Below are positions 9,591-19,801 of a DNA stretch of 64,000 nucleotides, piece by piece. Source of the DNA: an uncultured Candidatus Saccharibacteria bacterium (GTDB lineage: Bacteria; Patescibacteriota; Dojkabacteria; B142; JAFGMG01); contig CAYMJM010000001.1 of the NCBI GenBank assembly GCA_964391325.1, positions 1,438-65,437 of the forward strand, read 5' to 3'. Numbering within the stretch: the first letter of the stretch is position 1; every line of letters begins with the position of its first letter. The notes under the pieces are model-generated. The model was not told the origin of the DNA and did not search any database. It was given only the letters and a program-made list of their open reading frames with translations. Made by a program: the position numbers and the translations under genes.

Positions 9591-10718
9591 CTAAACAGGA
9601 ATATCGCGGATATTTTTCATCAAACTGCTGTAGAATTGTAGATTATGAATAGTGGCAAGTCTGAATCCTGCTGATTCACTAATTCTGATTAAATGCCGTA
9701 AGTAGCTTCTTGAAATGGTTTGACAAGCTTCACATTTACAGTTTGAACTTATAGGGTTAGAGTCAAATTTATATCTGTCGGATGTCAGATGAATTACATC
9801 AAAAGAATTAAATGATCTGTCCCCTTCTCCTTTATTAACGTATAAATATCCATGTCTAGCATTTCGGGTTGGCAGTACCGTGTCAAACAAATCCCAGTTT
9901 TTACCAGCGCAGTATATGATATCGTCTGGCGTTCCAACTCCCATGGCATACCTTATGTTATCTTCCGGTATCAATTCGGCAACATAAGTTAGTAGTTCAT
10001 GATAAAAGCCTTTGGATACGTTATTCCGCCATGAGTACTGATTGTGCAATGGAACACCACCGAAGTTATACATATCAAAGCCAATTTTAATTAATTCTTC
10101 AGCGCTTTGTTTTCTTAGTTCAAAATTATTTCCTCCTTGGATTACGGCACCTAATAAAGGCCTTGAGATACTTTTATCCAAAAAATCTTTTTCAGTAAGA
10201 TGATGTAGCTCTAGAAACTTTTGTTTGGATCTTTTGGCCCATTTAGTGTTTCTTTTAATGGATTGCTTGAGAATGTAAAGCGGTGCGTCTCTGATAGTTG
10301 GCTCATCCAATGCTGTTACGATATCTGCGCCAAGATTATATTGTATAATTTGGGAAATTTCAGGACTTAAAAATCTGGTTCTTCCCGTTTCTGGATCTTT
10401 GAAGCTGCACCCTGCGTCTGTTATTTTATTTAGTGTTTTGTCCCTTGAAGCGTGGATCAAGGAAAAAACTTGAAACCCACCACTGTCAGATAAAACCGGT
10501 CTGCTCCAATTAAAAAATTTATGGATCCCACCAAGTTGTTTCACGTAAGCACTTCCCAGCTTATTTTCTATATGAAGCGTGGTGGTAACTATCTCCTTTA
10601 CCTTCGCATCAGATGCATCTTTAAATGATATTGTCCTTATGGCTCCATAAGTGGCATCAGGCATAAAGGCCGGAGTCTTTATAATTCCATGTTTTGTTTT
10701 AATGTGAAGTTTGCGCAT
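9591..10718 (-). CDS. tgt: tRNA-guanine transglycosylase (divergent)
   Basis: TPAFMP, DSGGFQVFSL, YAMGVGTP, FDTVLPTRNARHG, Zn site CKCEAC...TIHNL. Confidence 0.88.
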   Translation of the reverse strand: MRKLHIKTKHGIIKTPAFMPDATYGAIRTISFKDASDAKVKEIVTTTLHIENKLGSAYVKQLGGIHKFFNWSRPVLSDSGGFQVFSLIHASRDKTLNKITDAGCSFKDPETGRTRFLSPEISQIIQYNLGADIVTALDEPTIRDAPLYILKQSIKRNTKWAKRSKQKFLELHHLTEKDFLDKSISRPLLGAVIQGGNNFELRKQSAEELIKIGFDMYNFGGVPLHNQYSWRNNVSKGFYHELLTYVAELIPEDNIRYAMGVGTPDDIIYCAGKNWDLFDTVLPTRNARHGYLYVNKGEGDRSFNSFDVIHLTSDRYKFDSNPISSNCKCEACQTISRSYLRHLIRISESAGFRLATIHNLQFYSSLMKNIRDIPV

Positions 10719-10726
10719 TGAGAATT

Positions 10727-11521
10727 TTAACACATACTTTGTTGCCAGAGTGCAACAAATTGTTCTGTGTCAAGCTGGGCTGGTCTTAAGTTTTCTTCTA
10801 TGTCGAGGTCTTGGAAAATTTGCGACCAGTTAATTTCTTTATAAATGTTGGATAATACTTTTTGTAGTTTTTTTCGTGGACTTGAGTATGCATTTTTCAA
10901 AAATTTAGCGTAATTTCGTATGTCTGTGTAAGGTATGTAGGGAGTCTCTCTTAATTCAAAATTTAGTATCCCCCCATCCACCCTCGGTTCAGGATAAAAC
11001 CTGTCTTTTTTGATAGTTCCTGCATATTTTACGTGATATAAAGCTGATACGTAATGGTGTAAAAAACTCGATTTTGGTGGCTGTGCAGCATAATCTTGTG
11101 CTACTTCTTTTTGAAGAATTACAGACATGCGCACAGGCTTAAGCTCGGCTTCAGTGAAATTTTGTATAATTTTTTTTGAAATATTGTAAGGAAGGCTGCC
11201 AATGACCTTATATTCTTTAATTACTCTAGAATCTAGTTCCTTTCGTAGATCTATTTGTAGGATATCCTTATGGATTACTTCAAAACTTGGATCTGTTTTA
11301 AACTTTTCCTTTAATAAGGTCACTAAATCACTATCTATTTCAACAGCAATGACTTCTTTTACTGTTCGTAATAAAATTTGAGTTACTCTCCCGTCGCCTG
11401 GTCCTATCTCAAAAACATAGTCTTCTAATGAGGGATCAAGACTATCAACTAGCTTTGCTGAGTCTGAGGCGTATTTTAAGAAATTTTGACCAAATTGTTT
11501 TTTAAAAACATGTGCAGTCAT
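10727..11521 (-). CDS. rsmA: 16S rRNA m6,2A dimethyltransferase
   Basis: KKQFGQNFL, EIGPGDG, SLPYNIS, FYPEPRVDG. Confidence 0.95.
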   Translation of the reverse strand: MTAHVFKKQFGQNFLKYASDSAKLVDSLDPSLEDYVFEIGPGDGRVTQILLRTVKEVIAVEIDSDLVTLLKEKFKTDPSFEVIHKDILQIDLRKELDSRVIKEYKVIGSLPYNISKKIIQNFTEAELKPVRMSVILQKEVAQDYAAQPPKSSFLHHYVSALYHVKYAGTIKKDRFYPEPRVDGGILNFELRETPYIPYTDIRNYAKFLKNAYSSPRKKLQKVLSNIYKEINWSQIFQDLDIEENLRPAQLDTEQFVALWQQSMC

Positions 11522-11530
11522 CTCGTTCGG

Positions 11531-12325
11531 TTATAAGCTAAGTGCGAATTCATGAGCTCTCCATTCAAGATCGTCATCTAACAGAGGTAGGCTTATAAAT
11601 TTTTCCTTATAACGCCTTTGTAGAGCTAATGATAATAATAAGTCTGCTATATGTGGATTTTTGGGTAAAAATGCTCCATGCATATAGCTTCCAAAAGTAT
11701 TTTTATATCTAATCCCCTCATAACCCTGAATTTCGCTATCCCCAATCCCCCTAAGCACTCTGCCTAAATGTAAGTTATGTTTGGTAAGTATCTTGGTCCT
11801 ACCGGAATGATTTTCAAAGCCTGTTAAGGTATAGAGGATATTTTTCGTTACAGGGTATTTATAGTAGTTTTCTACTTCTCTCTTTGTCTGCTCGTTAATA
11901 ATTTCTACTGAAATATTTCCTATGCAACGTTGTCTTGTGTCAGTACCAGGGGCAACAGTCTCTATTGGAAGAAATCCTAGACCTTCTGCCTTCTGTTTAT
12001 CACCTGTAAGGTAGTATTGCCCTAGAAGCTGATACCCCCCACAGATAGCCAGTGCAGGAACATTATTGTGTAGATCTTTTAGAAGGCTTTCTTTTTTATT
12101 AAACATGTCTTTTCCTATCTCTACCTGCTGCGCATCCTGCCCTCCTCCAAAAAAGTAGATGTCTGTTTTTTGAGGTTTTAATGTATCTCCTGTAGAGATG
12201 AAATTTACGGTTACCTCTATACCCCTAGCTCTGGCCCTTCTCTCTAACACAATGATATTTCCAAGGTCTCCGTACAGATTCATTTTATCTGGGTACAGAT
12301 GTGTTATTGTAAGTTTGAATTTCAT
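11531..12325 (-). CDS. gatD: lipid II isoglutaminyl synthase, glutaminase subunit
   Basis: MNLYGDLGN, GGGQD, ICGGYQLLG, GFENHSGRT, YMHG..LPKNP; adjacent to murT. Confidence 0.9.
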   Translation of the reverse strand: MKFKLTITHLYPDKMNLYGDLGNIIVLERRARARGIEVTVNFISTGDTLKPQKTDIYFFGGGQDAQQVEIGKDMFNKKESLLKDLHNNVPALAICGGYQLLGQYYLTGDKQKAEGLGFLPIETVAPGTDTRQRCIGNISVEIINEQTKREVENYYKYPVTKNILYTLTGFENHSGRTKILTKHNLHLGRVLRGIGDSEIQGYEGIRYKNTFGSYMHGAFLPKNPHIADLLLSLALQRRYKEKFISLPLLDDDLEWRAHEFALSL

Positions 12326-12326
12326 T

Positions 12327-13637
12327 TTAAAATCTTTTACCTAATATTTTCCGGAACTCATTCATGGCCGTATAGGTTGGTAGTACATATACGGTCTCCT
12401 CTTTTTGTACAGTTTGCATTATATCTACTATAGCTTCTTGAATATCTTTTTTAATGGTTATCTGTGGATGCTTTTGAATATTTTTATGTGCATATTTCAA
12501 CCTAAGGGTCATATCTTCAGCTCTTTTGCCTGATACGATGACAGAGGTATACAGAATATGCTGTATTTTCTCGACTTGTGCATCCCATAGCCAGGAAACA
12601 TCTCGTCCATCAGCTATGTTGTCATTTATGATAATTAGCAGCTTCGCCTTTCTGAGTGTTTTTAACATGTTCAAAGTTAATGTAAATCCTGCTGGATTTT
12701 TAATCAAGAATAGTTGAAAATAAAACGGTTGTTTATAAAAGTTTTTGAGAGCTTTTGGAAGCGACTGTTTTTCAACTTTTAGAAGCTCTCCTCTGCCAAA
12801 CGCCGGTTTGAAATTACTCAAGCCTTGTTTGATTTGTTCTGTTTGTAACCCCAGTAGTATCGCAGCTTGCATAGCAGCAAGAGCATTGTATACATGGAAT
12901 ATGCCTGGGACATTCACATCAAAGATTGTATTATTATATTCAAATTGACTTGTTAGATCGCCATGCAGTTCGATCAGGCTTGGTTTTAGAGCAGGTTTTG
13001 TATTTAAATTATTTGGCTTATTCTCAAAAAGGAACTCTTTAGAGTATTTATTGGTTAAACTGAAGTAATATGTTTCATTCCGTGTGTTTTCTGCAAGTGA
13101 GGAAACCATGCCGTCGTCTGCATTTAGAACAAGTTTGGTATGGGGAGATTTTCTTATTGCCTCTAGTATGTATTTCCGAGTTTTATTAATTTCTCCATAA
13201 GCATCTAACTGATCTCTAAATAGGTTTGTAACTATTAAAATAGAAGGTTTAAGGGAATCTATTATCTTGGGTAATGTCGCTTCTTCCACTTCTAAAAGGG
13301 CTACGCTTGAGTTAAGCCTGCCCTTTAAGCTCGAGTTTTCTATAAAAGTAGAAATTAACCCTCTTTTTAAATTTGATCCTGAAGTATTGGTTAGGTGCTG
13401 AATCTCTGCTTCTTTGAGTACCTCGTGTAACATTGATTTTGTAGTTGTTTTTCCATTTGTGCCGGTAATTAAAATGGTTTGATTTAATTGAAGAGAAAAG
13501 TAGTCAAACAGCTCCGGATAGTATTTTTCGATTATAAGGCCAGGTAAAGCTGTCCCTGATCCTCTATTCAAAAATTTAGATAGATTTTTTGTGAACCTTG
13601 CTGTTGCAATGAAAAAAATATTTTTTACTGTATTCAT
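12327..13637 (-). CDS. murT: lipid II isoglutaminyl synthase subunit MurT (Mur ligase plus DUF1727)
   Basis: GTALPG, TGTNGKTTT, NLFRDQLD.YGE, KNPAG, DGRDVSWLWD, PTYTAM. Confidence 0.92.
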   Translation of the reverse strand: MNTVKNIFFIATARFTKNLSKFLNRGSGTALPGLIIEKYYPELFDYFSLQLNQTILITGTNGKTTTKSMLHEVLKEAEIQHLTNTSGSNLKRGLISTFIENSSLKGRLNSSVALLEVEEATLPKIIDSLKPSILIVTNLFRDQLDAYGEINKTRKYILEAIRKSPHTKLVLNADDGMVSSLAENTRNETYYFSLTNKYSKEFLFENKPNNLNTKPALKPSLIELHGDLTSQFEYNNTIFDVNVPGIFHVYNALAAMQAAILLGLQTEQIKQGLSNFKPAFGRGELLKVEKQSLPKALKNFYKQPFYFQLFLIKNPAGFTLTLNMLKTLRKAKLLIIINDNIADGRDVSWLWDAQVEKIQHILYTSVIVSGKRAEDMTLRLKYAHKNIQKHPQITIKKDIQEAIVDIMQTVQKEETVYVLPTYTAMNEFRKILGKRF

Positions 13638-13792
13638 GAACGAATTTTAACAAGGATCAAAAGATATGTGAAATGTATCTTATTGTATATCATTATTGGA
13701 CATGATATAATATTTATATATTAAAATGTCTTAAATTACAATTTATTATTTGTAATTTAATTAGTATATTTACTAAATTTTAAAATTTTAAT

Positions 13793-14425
13793 ATGGTAGT
13801 TGTATCTCCAGATTCCTGTTTCGTAGGTTACAAAGAAGAGGATCGGGCTGGCATAATAGCTGATATGTTGGAGATGAGGGGTGAAATGGCACAGACAGCA
13901 TTAGAAAACCCCATTACTCCGGATTATGAGAGTCTAGCTATAGCTTTAGATCAAAGATTAAAGCAGCTACTATCGCAAGGGGCGCAATATGCAGATGTTT
14001 CAAATTTTGGTGCATATATGCTTGACGAGTACGCAACTACTCTAGAGGAAGGCGGTGTTAACTATGTCATGGACCATGTGCGGGATTCTGCTATAGGGCG
14101 AGAGATGTTAGACTATTATGATAAAAATAGAATACCTATGTCATTTTTACAACAAGCAAGGCTGTGGGCAGGGGGACCTGCACAGGACTATGTTGATGAA
14201 GTTTTTCAGGAAATATGTCTCAATGTGGCATGTTTATTGACTGAGGAAGAAGTAGCTACTTATTTTGGTGGTAGAGATATTGCTTTGAGTGTAGATCGTC
14301 CATCTACTAAGCCACGAGTGACTTATTATTCTGAATTCGGAGCGATTTTTGTACAGGGGACACATACGAGTCGTGCTGATGCGTTTGCTCCAAAGTTCGT
14401 TGAGGCAAATAGTGTTACATTCTAG
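13793..14425 (+). CDS. hypothetical protein (ORFan-like)
   Basis: 210-aa ORF filling the murT-dnaE gap; no recognisable motif. Confidence 0.55.
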   Translation: MVVVSPDSCFVGYKEEDRAGIIADMLEMRGEMAQTALENPITPDYESLAIALDQRLKQLLSQGAQYADVSNFGAYMLDEYATTLEEGGVNYVMDHVRDSAIGREMLDYYDKNRIPMSFLQQARLWAGGPAQDYVDEVFQEICLNVACLLTEEEVATYFGGRDIALSVDRPSTKPRVTYYSEFGAIFVQGTHTSRADAFAPKFVEANSVTF

Positions 14426-17400
14426 CGTATTTCTGGAAAAAACTGAGAGCTTGTGGAGTTGCATTAATAGTTTTCACGAGCTCTTTTTTAGAATACGGAG
14501 TCCCATAAAGAATCTTTAATCTCAGTTCATTCCCAAGATTAGAAGCTAACATCTGTTTTATTTTGCTTAGCTCCGCTTTGTCCTTGATTTCTGTTATATC
14601 TATTACCATTTCATCCTCGCTTGGCATGTCTTTGGCATATATTACATCATCCACGATTAAGCTGAATTTTTCATCTCTGAAACTTATGCTAGCTTTTAAT
14701 ATGATAGGTGTATTCTCAATCAGGAATTCTCTGATCCTATCGTATGCTTGTGGGAATACCACCCCTTCTGTTATGTCATCTCCGTCATCTATTTGGAGGA
14801 ACGCCATAGGTTTCGAGTCTTTTTTGGTATAAATAATTTTTTTCTGGGTAATGATAGAAAGTACCATTACAGCAGCTCTTTCTTGTAATTGCGCGGCATC
14901 TGCTATGCACTTGATCCTACCGTTAATCAATAACCTTCTATAATTTAATAAGGGGTGCTGACTTAAAAATGTTCCTAAAAGTTCCTTTTCCCAGCTAATC
15001 TTTTGTTGGTCTGTTTCTGGCTCTACTTCAGGCAGTCTGGTAATAGTTTTCTCTATTTCCTCTGCTCCTAGCCCGTCGAATAAAGTTCCTTGTCCTCCTT
15101 TGCGCTTAGACTCCTCCTGGCTTATTCTATCAAACACAGAGGGCATGACTGCGAGCAGTTGTTTCCTAGTGCCCCAACTTTCCATTGCTCCAACTTGTAT
15201 AAGCAGCTCAAGTACTTTCTTAGTCAGTCTGCTGGGCTTTACTCTTGTTATAAGGTCGTCCAAAGAGTTAAAGTCACCATTTTCTTCTCTTTCAGCCACG
15301 ATATTTTCTACAATTTTTCCATTTACGCCTTTGATTGCTCCCAACCCAAAACGAATTCTCTCTTTCGCATCTTCAAATTTTTTTCCTGGCTCAATCTTGA
15401 AATCGACAAAACTTTCATTAATGTCGGGAGGTAGTATTGCAATCCCCATTTCTCTTGCTTCTTTTAGGTCTCGACTGATTTTATCTGCGTTTCCTAGATC
15501 AGTCTCCATTAGCCCTGCCATAAACTGGATAGGATAATTAGCTTTCAGATAAGCTGTTTGATAGGCGACTACAGAATAGCATGCGCTATGGGATTTGTTG
15601 AAACCATAGTCAGCAAATGGTTCCATGTAAGAGAAGATATTCTCTGCTACCTTTTTGTTATATCCATTTTCTTGGGCTTTTTTCAAGAATTTTTCTTTTT
15701 CAACTTTCATAACCTCGGGTTTTTTCTTTCCCATCGCACGTCTAAGTATGTCTGCTTCTCCTAAGGAGTAGCCTCCGATTTTTACTGCTATGTTAATAAC
15801 TTGTTCTTGGTAAATAGCAAAGCCATATGTTGTTTCTAAAATTGGCTCTAAATCTTTGTGTAAATAAACAGTTTTCTGTCTTCCAAACTTACGTTCAATA
15901 TAGTCATGGATGTATTGCATTGGGCCTGGTCTGTAGGCTGCGTTCAAAAAGATGAGGTCGTCAATGCTTTCTGGTTGAAGCTCTTTCAAGTATTTCTTCA
16001 TCCCATCTGACTCAAATTGGAAGACTCCTGTTGTATTGCCTTTTTTAAATAAATCAAATGTTTTTTTGTCATTTAAATCTATTGCGTCAATGTCTAACTC
16101 CTGTTTTAAAGTGTAGTGAATTTGTTTGAGGGTGTTCTGGATAATCGTTAGGTTAGAAAGTCCTAAAAAATCAAATTTCATAAGCCCTAGATATTCGAGA
16201 GTTCCACCTTCAAACTGGGTCATTATTCTGTTTTCTTTATTCTCTTTTTGCACTGGCACAAAATTGGTGATTGGGTCTGGGGTGACCAGATATCCGCAAG
16301 CATGAGTTGAAGTATGACGTGCGATATTTTCAAGCTTGCGTACGTAGTTAGCTAGTTCTTGTAGTCTTGGATCAGAGTCAATTATATCTTTGAATTCCTT
16401 TACCTCTTCCATCATTTTGTCTACACTGTGGACACGCCCAAATTTTACTATAACCATTTTTGACAGCCTATCCGCTACTCCTAGGTCTATTCCCATGGCG
16501 CGGGCAACATCTCTAATTGCTGCTTTTGTTTTTAGCCTCCCATATGTTCCGATAAATGCAGTACAGTCATGCCCATACCTTTCAGACATGTATTTGAATA
16601 AATCGTCTCGTCTGTCGTCTTGGAAGTCGATGTCAAAGTCCGGTGGAGAAGGCCGCTCTGGGTTTAAAAATCGTTCAAAAATAAGGTCATACTTGAAGGG
16701 ATCAATATTAGTAATAGCTAAAGCGTATGCCACCACACTTCCTGCGCCTGAGCCGCGTCCGGGACCAACCATGATGCCTTGGCTCTTAGCCCATCTAACG
16801 TAATCTTCAACAACAAGAAAGTAGTCATCGTAGCCTTTGTCATGGATTATTTGCAATTCGTAGTTAATTCTTTCTTTGGTTTCTTTGTTTATTGTCCCAT
16901 ATCTGAGCTCTGCACCCTTAAAAGCCTTTTCCTTAAGTATTTTGAAAGCAGGTCTGTCTTCGGTGGTGTCAGGGTATTTAGGTTGTATTCGGTCAAAGCT
17001 CAGAGAGTATTCTTCGGTCATATCGGCAATCTTCTTTGTGTTTTCTATTGCTTCGGGCAGGTCGCTAAAAAGTTCTTCCATTTCTTCAGGAGTCTTGACC
17101 CAAAATTCTCTTGAAGCATACTGCCTTCTATTTGGGTCACTAAGTTTTGTTCCGTCGCTGATACACCAGGCTATTTCCTGGATTTGGTAGTCTTCCGGCT
17201 CTATATAGTGTGAATCTGTGGTGGCTACTATGGGAAGATTAAATTTTTCTGCAATTTTCAGTTGTTTAGGTAGTAGATTATCATTTTCTTTGTAATTAAT
17301 GCGCATCAGCTCGACATACACATTTTCAAAATTGTTTTTCAGAAATTTTATCCAATTCTCAGCTCGTTTTTGGTCATTATTTAGTAGAGCTTGATTGAGT

Positions 17401-17828
17401 GGAGAACCCATGCAACCAGTAAGGACAATGATGCCTTCTGAGTATTTTTCAAGTAGTTCTTTATCGACTCTAGGTTTGTAGTAAAATCCTTCTGTTTGTG
17501 CCAGCGAGGCTAGTTTTACAAGATTATGGTATCCAGTTCTATTCTTTGCTAGTAATGTAGTATGGTATCTTTTGTTATCAATTCCTGCTTGTTTATCAAA
17601 TCTAGTCCGTTCCGCTATGTAAATTTCACAACCAATAATTGGTTTAATCCCTGCTGCCTTCGCAGTCTCACTAAAGTCAAAGGCTCCGTATAAAACTCCG
17701 TGATCTGTTATTGCACATGCCTTCATTCCGCTCTTTTGTACTTTGTCTATAAGTGGTCCAACCTTGGAAACGCCATCCAATAATGAATATTCTGTGTGTA
17801 AATGTAGATGAGTAAAATTAGAAGACAT
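14415..17828 (-). CDS. dnaE: DNA polymerase III alpha subunit
   Basis: PHP HLHLHTEYSLLDG, GPGRGSGAGS, PDFDIDF catalytic motif, GFNKSH. Confidence 0.98.
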   Translation of the reverse strand: MSSNFTHLHLHTEYSLLDGVSKVGPLIDKVQKSGMKACAITDHGVLYGAFDFSETAKAAGIKPIIGCEIYIAERTRFDKQAGIDNKRYHTTLLAKNRTGYHNLVKLASLAQTEGFYYKPRVDKELLEKYSEGIIVLTGCMGSPLNQALLNNDQKRAENWIKFLKNNFENVYVELMRINYKENDNLLPKQLKIAEKFNLPIVATTDSHYIEPEDYQIQEIAWCISDGTKLSDPNRRQYASREFWVKTPEEMEELFSDLPEAIENTKKIADMTEEYSLSFDRIQPKYPDTTEDRPAFKILKEKAFKGAELRYGTINKETKERINYELQIIHDKGYDDYFLVVEDYVRWAKSQGIMVGPGRGSGAGSVVAYALAITNIDPFKYDLIFERFLNPERPSPPDFDIDFQDDRRDDLFKYMSERYGHDCTAFIGTYGRLKTKAAIRDVARAMGIDLGVADRLSKMVIVKFGRVHSVDKMMEEVKEFKDIIDSDPRLQELANYVRKLENIARHTSTHACGYLVTPDPITNFVPVQKENKENRIMTQFEGGTLEYLGLMKFDFLGLSNLTIIQNTLKQIHYTLKQELDIDAIDLNDKKTFDLFKKGNTTGVFQFESDGMKKYLKELQPESIDDLIFLNAAYRPGPMQYIHDYIERKFGRQKTVYLHKDLEPILETTYGFAIYQEQVINIAVKIGGYSLGEADILRRAMGKKKPEVMKVEKEKFLKKAQENGYNKKVAENIFSYMEPFADYGFNKSHSACYSVVAYQTAYLKANYPIQFMAGLMETDLGNADKISRDLKEAREMGIAILPPDINESFVDFKIEPGKKFEDAKERIRFGLGAIKGVNGKIVENIVAEREENGDFNSLDDLITRVKPSRLTKKVLELLIQVGAMESWGTRKQLLAVMPSVFDRISQEESKRKGGQGTLFDGLGAEEIEKTITRLPEVEPETDQQKISWEKELLGTFLSQHPLLNYRRLLINGRIKCIADAAQLQERAAVMVLSIITQKKIIYTKKDSKPMAFLQIDDGDDITEGVVFPQAYDRIREFLIENTPIILKASISFRDEKFSLIVDDVIYAKDMPSEDEMVIDITEIKDKAELSKIKQMLASNLGNELRLKILYGTPYSKKELVKTINATPQALSFFQKYARM

Positions 17829-18079
17829 GTTGATCTATTTGTTTTTAGTCAAGTAAAATGTTATGTAAACTTTAGCACTCTAAAATTAAAAAGCATAACT
17901 GGAAATAGGTTATCTTAATATAACCAAACTAAATTTTCTATTCAAGACTTATAGTAATTTTGTTAGCAATTTTAAGTTTTGACTGTCAGACTATTGCTTT
18001 CCCAAAAATTTTTAAAGATAATTATTGTAGCAGCAAATAGTCGAATACTGTCTGTTCTTCTAAATATTGTATATACCTT

Positions 18080-18799
18080 ATGGAAAAACCTATACACTTT
18101 AAAACGGCTGATAATAAAATAATTTACTGCAAACTAAATTACAAGAAGCTGCCAGCAGGTAAATTAATTGTTTTTGTCCATGGATTAACTGGAGATATGC
18201 ACGAACATATATTTTTTAATGCAGTCAAGTTTTTTGCTGCAAGAGGGTTCTCTACACTGCGATTTAATTTCTATTCGTCTGAGCAAAATGCCAGAAAACT
18301 GGAAGAATGCACTCTGGCCACTCATGTGGAAGATCTTGATTTGATTGTGGACAAAACCTTCCATGAATATGACAAGGTCTATGTTATTGGACATAGTCTG
18401 GCTGGGCCAGTTATCCTACAGTCTAAATTACTAAATGTCATTGATAAGGTTGTCCTGTGGGATCCAACTTTAAGCTTTGATTGGGTAGTGAAAAAATACA
18501 GGTTTAATAAAGAATTGGGGGTATACTTTAAGAGGTCATCGTGGTATAAGCCATTGGGACAGGAAATGTTTCATGAACTACAGAGCCTGGACATCCTGAA
18601 GCTTTATAAGAATACTCAAGTTCCGACAAAAGTAATAATTGCCGGAGAAAATATGTATAGTTCAGTGAAACCTCTTCTTAAGGCAGTTGTTAATAACAAC
18701 GTTCTAGTCACTGAGCTTCAAGGTGCCAGCCATAACTTTGATGAGGAAGGGACAGAAGAGGCTCTTTTTCACGCAACACTTGACTGGATAGCTTCCTAA
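18080..18799 (+). CDS. alpha/beta hydrolase
   Basis: FVHGLTG, GHSLAG, GASHNF. Confidence 0.85.
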   Translation: MEKPIHFKTADNKIIYCKLNYKKLPAGKLIVFVHGLTGDMHEHIFFNAVKFFAARGFSTLRFNFYSSEQNARKLEECTLATHVEDLDLIVDKTFHEYDKVYVIGHSLAGPVILQSKLLNVIDKVVLWDPTLSFDWVVKKYRFNKELGVYFKRSSWYKPLGQEMFHELQSLDILKLYKNTQVPTKVIIAGENMYSSVKPLLKAVVNNNVLVTELQGASHNFDEEGTEEALFHATLDWIAS

Positions 18800-19740
18800 G
18801 CAAGCATTTTTTTGAAATCTTCAACCATAGCAACAGGCTCAGGATCAATATTATATTCAATAGCGAGATAATATGTTGTTACAATTTCTTCAAAAATAGA
18901 TTCTCCACGCATTTCAATAATTTCTACAGGAGCTTTCATAAGTTTTGTAAACATCTTGATTCTCCTCAAGTTACGTGAGTGCGTAAATTTAGATTGCAGT
19001 ATTATAAATAGAGGATTCATAATTAGGTTGGTAAACCCTACCATTTCGTTATGATTTAGTTCAGGGAAGATGTTAAAAAATGCCTGAATCTTGCTGTTTT
19101 CATTAAATTTGATTTTGGCAACTTTAGCTATTGACCAGTTTTCCTCTGTAGCATAAATAATAGGAACTTTGTTTTTTAATCTCTTTGCCAGTTTTTTTGC
19201 GCTTTCTTCATTCAGAGAGGTATCTATCCTGCCTGCGATACTAATTATTTCATTATCAAGCTCTTCTATGAAGCCTAGATTAGAAAGAATTTTGATTAAG
19301 CCAGATATAAAGTAACCACTCGATAGACGGGGTTGAATGCCAGTAGGGACCTCGAGTACAGGGACTTTTGTTGCATTGGCTATATCAAGTAGCCTCCCGC
19401 CTGAAGTAAGAAGGATGTGACTATAACCTTTGGACTGTATTTGTGCGAGGGCCTCCAGAGTTTCTTCGGTATTCCCAGAGTATGAAGCAATTACAAATAA
19501 AGTTTTTTCATTAACATTGTGAGGAATATTGTAGTTGCGGTTTGCTTCAAGCGTGAAGTTAATTCTCTTGCTTTTCAAATAATCATTTATTAGTTCTACA
19601 TAAAAAGCACTCCCGCCCATACCGCAAACAATTACTCTGTCAAAGGACCCAGATAGCTTTATATTTTTTGCCAGATCAATTCCTTTTTGAAATTGTGAAG
19701 GAAATGCCTTTATATCTTTATAGTATTTTTGGTTTACCAT
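18796..19740 (-). CDS. bifunctional phosphoglucose/phosphomannose isomerase
   Basis: CGMGGSA, SYSGNTEET, QPRL, FNENSK, PELNHNEMVG. Confidence 0.9.
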   Translation of the reverse strand: MVNQKYYKDIKAFPSQFQKGIDLAKNIKLSGSFDRVIVCGMGGSAFYVELINDYLKSKRINFTLEANRNYNIPHNVNEKTLFVIASYSGNTEETLEALAQIQSKGYSHILLTSGGRLLDIANATKVPVLEVPTGIQPRLSSGYFISGLIKILSNLGFIEELDNEIISIAGRIDTSLNEESAKKLAKRLKNKVPIIYATEENWSIAKVAKIKFNENSKIQAFFNIFPELNHNEMVGFTNLIMNPLFIILQSKFTHSRNLRRIKMFTKLMKAPVEIIEMRGESIFEEIVTTYYLAIEYNIDPEPVAMVEDFKKMLA

Positions 19741-19801
19741 ACTTTATGTGTTTATAAAAAATAGGAAGAGCTTGATTTACAACGAAGAATAGCAGCAGCT
19801 T

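Noticed and set aside
13640-13790. Very AT-rich gap with an AAATTACAA...TTGTAATTT palindrome as a possible origin
   Set aside because: No DnaA-box cluster seen; it fits a divergent promoter region.
17872-17898. Perfect CIRCE left arm TTAGCACTC upstream of dnaE
   Set aside because: The right arm after N9 is AAAGCATAA, not GAGTGCTAA-like; probably chance.
18850-18960. Possible small in-frame deletions near the PGI/PMI C-terminus
   Set aside because: The segment looks shorter than remembered homologs, but this cannot be confirmed without an alignment and the frame is intact.
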